Positions 62,540 to 64,000 of a stretch of 64,000 nt of DNA are shown one piece after another; position 1 is the stretch's first letter; each line of letters starts with the position of its first letter. The DNA lies in IMG/VR virus record IMGVR_UViG_3300037225_001188, positions 32,001 to 96,000 of that record; one strand, written 5' to 3'. Origin of the DNA: a virus. Both the position numbers and the translations under genes were made by a program. The notes below the pieces were generated by a model, which saw only the letters and a program-made list of their open reading frames with translations, was not told where the DNA came from and ran no database searches.

Positions 62540-63544
62540 ATGTCAGAAAAGGTTGGATATACCAGGAAGCTAGACGAGCGCCTGCACATCAGGCGCGAGA
62601 TCCGGAAGCTCATCACGGAAGGTAGGTCGGACGACGATATAAAGGCCGAGCTGTGCTTGTCCGACCACGACTGGGAATCCTACCGAACGGCGTTCATAAG
62701 CCAGGAGAGTTCCAAGGCTAAGCGACCTGACATCGAGATCTTCATCGAGTACCAGCTCCGCCAGCTCGGGCACATCGACGAGCTTGAAAAAGCTCGACAA
62801 GTGGCCGTGAAAAAGCAGCAGCCGCAACACGCAGTGTCGGCGACAAAAGCCAAGGCCGAGCTGCTGGATAAAATCATCCAGCGCGGTCAGGATCTCGGAA
62901 TCTACCACCGGGAAGGTCAGAAGTTGATGGTCAGCGGAGCGATGGGGCTCGTACACCTGACGCCTCACCAACTGGCGGAGCGGTTGGACCGCAGCGTCAT
63001 GAGGTTGAAGGCGCTGTCGGACGACCTCGGCCACCCGCTGGAGCTGTCTGGCGTCGTCGATGCAGTTCGCGAGGAGCGCTCGCTGAAGATTGTCGATGTT
63101 GCTGCAGAAGATGCCGCAGAAGTGCCTGAAGAACAGGCCCCTGACGAGCCCATCGGCGTCCCGGAAGAGGAGCTTTCGAAACCGCGGTTCCAGACGAAGG
63201 TCAGGTCGGTCTCAGCAAGCCTCAAGCACGGCGACGGCGACCCAGGCCCAGACCACCCATTGGCAGAGCGCGTCTACAAGGCGGCCATGGAGCCGAGGGC
63301 AGGGGCCGGAAGACCGACTGGTGGCGAGATAGCTGGAGATCCAGCAGGCCTTCGCGGGAGGGTCTTTGGGACGTGCCCGAAGTGCCCGAAGCGCTGCCTC
63401 GGGGTTCCTGGGCTGCAGCGCCACATCCGCTTCATCCACCAGGTAGACGAGGCGACAGCCCTCGACCTGGCGAGGAAGGCCATCGACGACGAGCGCATGA
63501 GCATCGCTCGCGGGTACGCGGCTACGATCGAAGGCGACCTGTAG
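62540..63544 (+). CDS. HTH protein, possibly terminase small subunit-like, with C2H2-like tail
   Basis: N-terminal HTH; AVSATKAKAELL helix; CPKC...HIRFIH. Confidence 0.4.
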   Translation: MSEKVGYTRKLDERLHIRREIRKLITEGRSDDDIKAELCLSDHDWESYRTAFISQESSKAKRPDIEIFIEYQLRQLGHIDELEKARQVAVKKQQPQHAVSATKAKAELLDKIIQRGQDLGIYHREGQKLMVSGAMGLVHLTPHQLAERLDRSVMRLKALSDDLGHPLELSGVVDAVREERSLKIVDVAAEDAAEVPEEQAPDEPIGVPEEELSKPRFQTKVRSVSASLKHGDGDPGPDHPLAERVYKAAMEPRAGAGRPTGGEIAGDPAGLRGRVFGTCPKCPKRCLGVPGLQRHIRFIHQVDEATALDLARKAIDDERMSIARGYAATIEGDL

Positions 63545-63741
63545 ATGCTGTCTCACAAGATAATCAGAAAGAAGTTCGTAGTAGAAGAGACGATCCTTTC
63601 GAGAAAGTTCGGCGGTAGTTCCAGCTGCAGTTCCTACTGTTCTTACTTCAAAGAACGCCCAAGGAAGCTCGACAGCGTCTTGTGCGTCAGCTGCCAAGAT
63701 CGTCATCGCTGTCTTGAGAGAATCCAGCAGGAGGAAGGTCG

Positions 63742-64000
63742 ATGAGCGACTACGCGACGGTAAATCAGTTCGGCGTCAAAGGCAACAGCGTCCTCCCGGA
63801 GCACCCGGAGTGGGGCGTCTATCGTGTAGTCAGCGAGGTCGACTCCGACCTGCCGACCAAGCTGCAGGCCGGCGTCGTGGCCTCGGACTGGGATTCGGTT
63901 TGGCTCGACCTGGCGTTCGAGAACGTCGTGGTCGGGACGACCAGCAGCGTCAACACGGCGTCGATCCAAATCTTCTTCTGGAGCCCGGCCGCCACGGTCG
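63742..64000 (+). CDS. Hypothetical protein, 3' end outside window
   Basis: GGAGG RBS; MSDYATVNQFG... Confidence 0.55.
   Translation, partial: MSDYATVNQFGVKGNSVLPEHPEWGVYRVVSEVDSDLPTKLQAGVVASDWDSVWLDLAFENVVVGTTSSVNTASIQIFFWSPAATV

Overview
High-GC segment of a large tailed-phage genome (or intact prophage); a myxobacterial-type SspB and the composition suggest a Myxococcota-like host (inference). Layout: rightward nuclease/transglycosylase/SspB genes (1-5.9 kb); a long leftward block of mostly small accessory genes (6-36 kb) with a SNF2 helicase, a stand-alone RNR TSCPD domain, MoxR AAA+/VWA, RadC and a TnpB element; a lower-GC, largely non-coding divergence region (36-38.2 kb); a rightward block (38-57.7 kb) with serine recombinase, DNA ligase and ParB-like genes; then virion/tail genes (57.7-62.5 kb). 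Most striking is a stand-alone Cas7/RAMP-like gene (41809-42384) preceded by a phased GGY-NN pentamer array (41700-41771). Its variable dinucleotides, read with every third target base skipped, are complementary (17/18 nt) to the adjacent DNA ligase gene, at the point where that gene switches to a lower-GC allele: a candidate non-contiguous RNA-guided anti-competitor or homing-like module. Also notable: nine intergenic tRNA minihelices punctuating the leftward operon, a TnpB element inserted at an ATGA stop/start overlap, a transposon-end/MITE family, and a recurrent AAAA-N7-CGTAY promoter motif. No CRISPR array, rRNA or canonical tRNA was found. All family assignments come from motif recognition by eye, not database searches.
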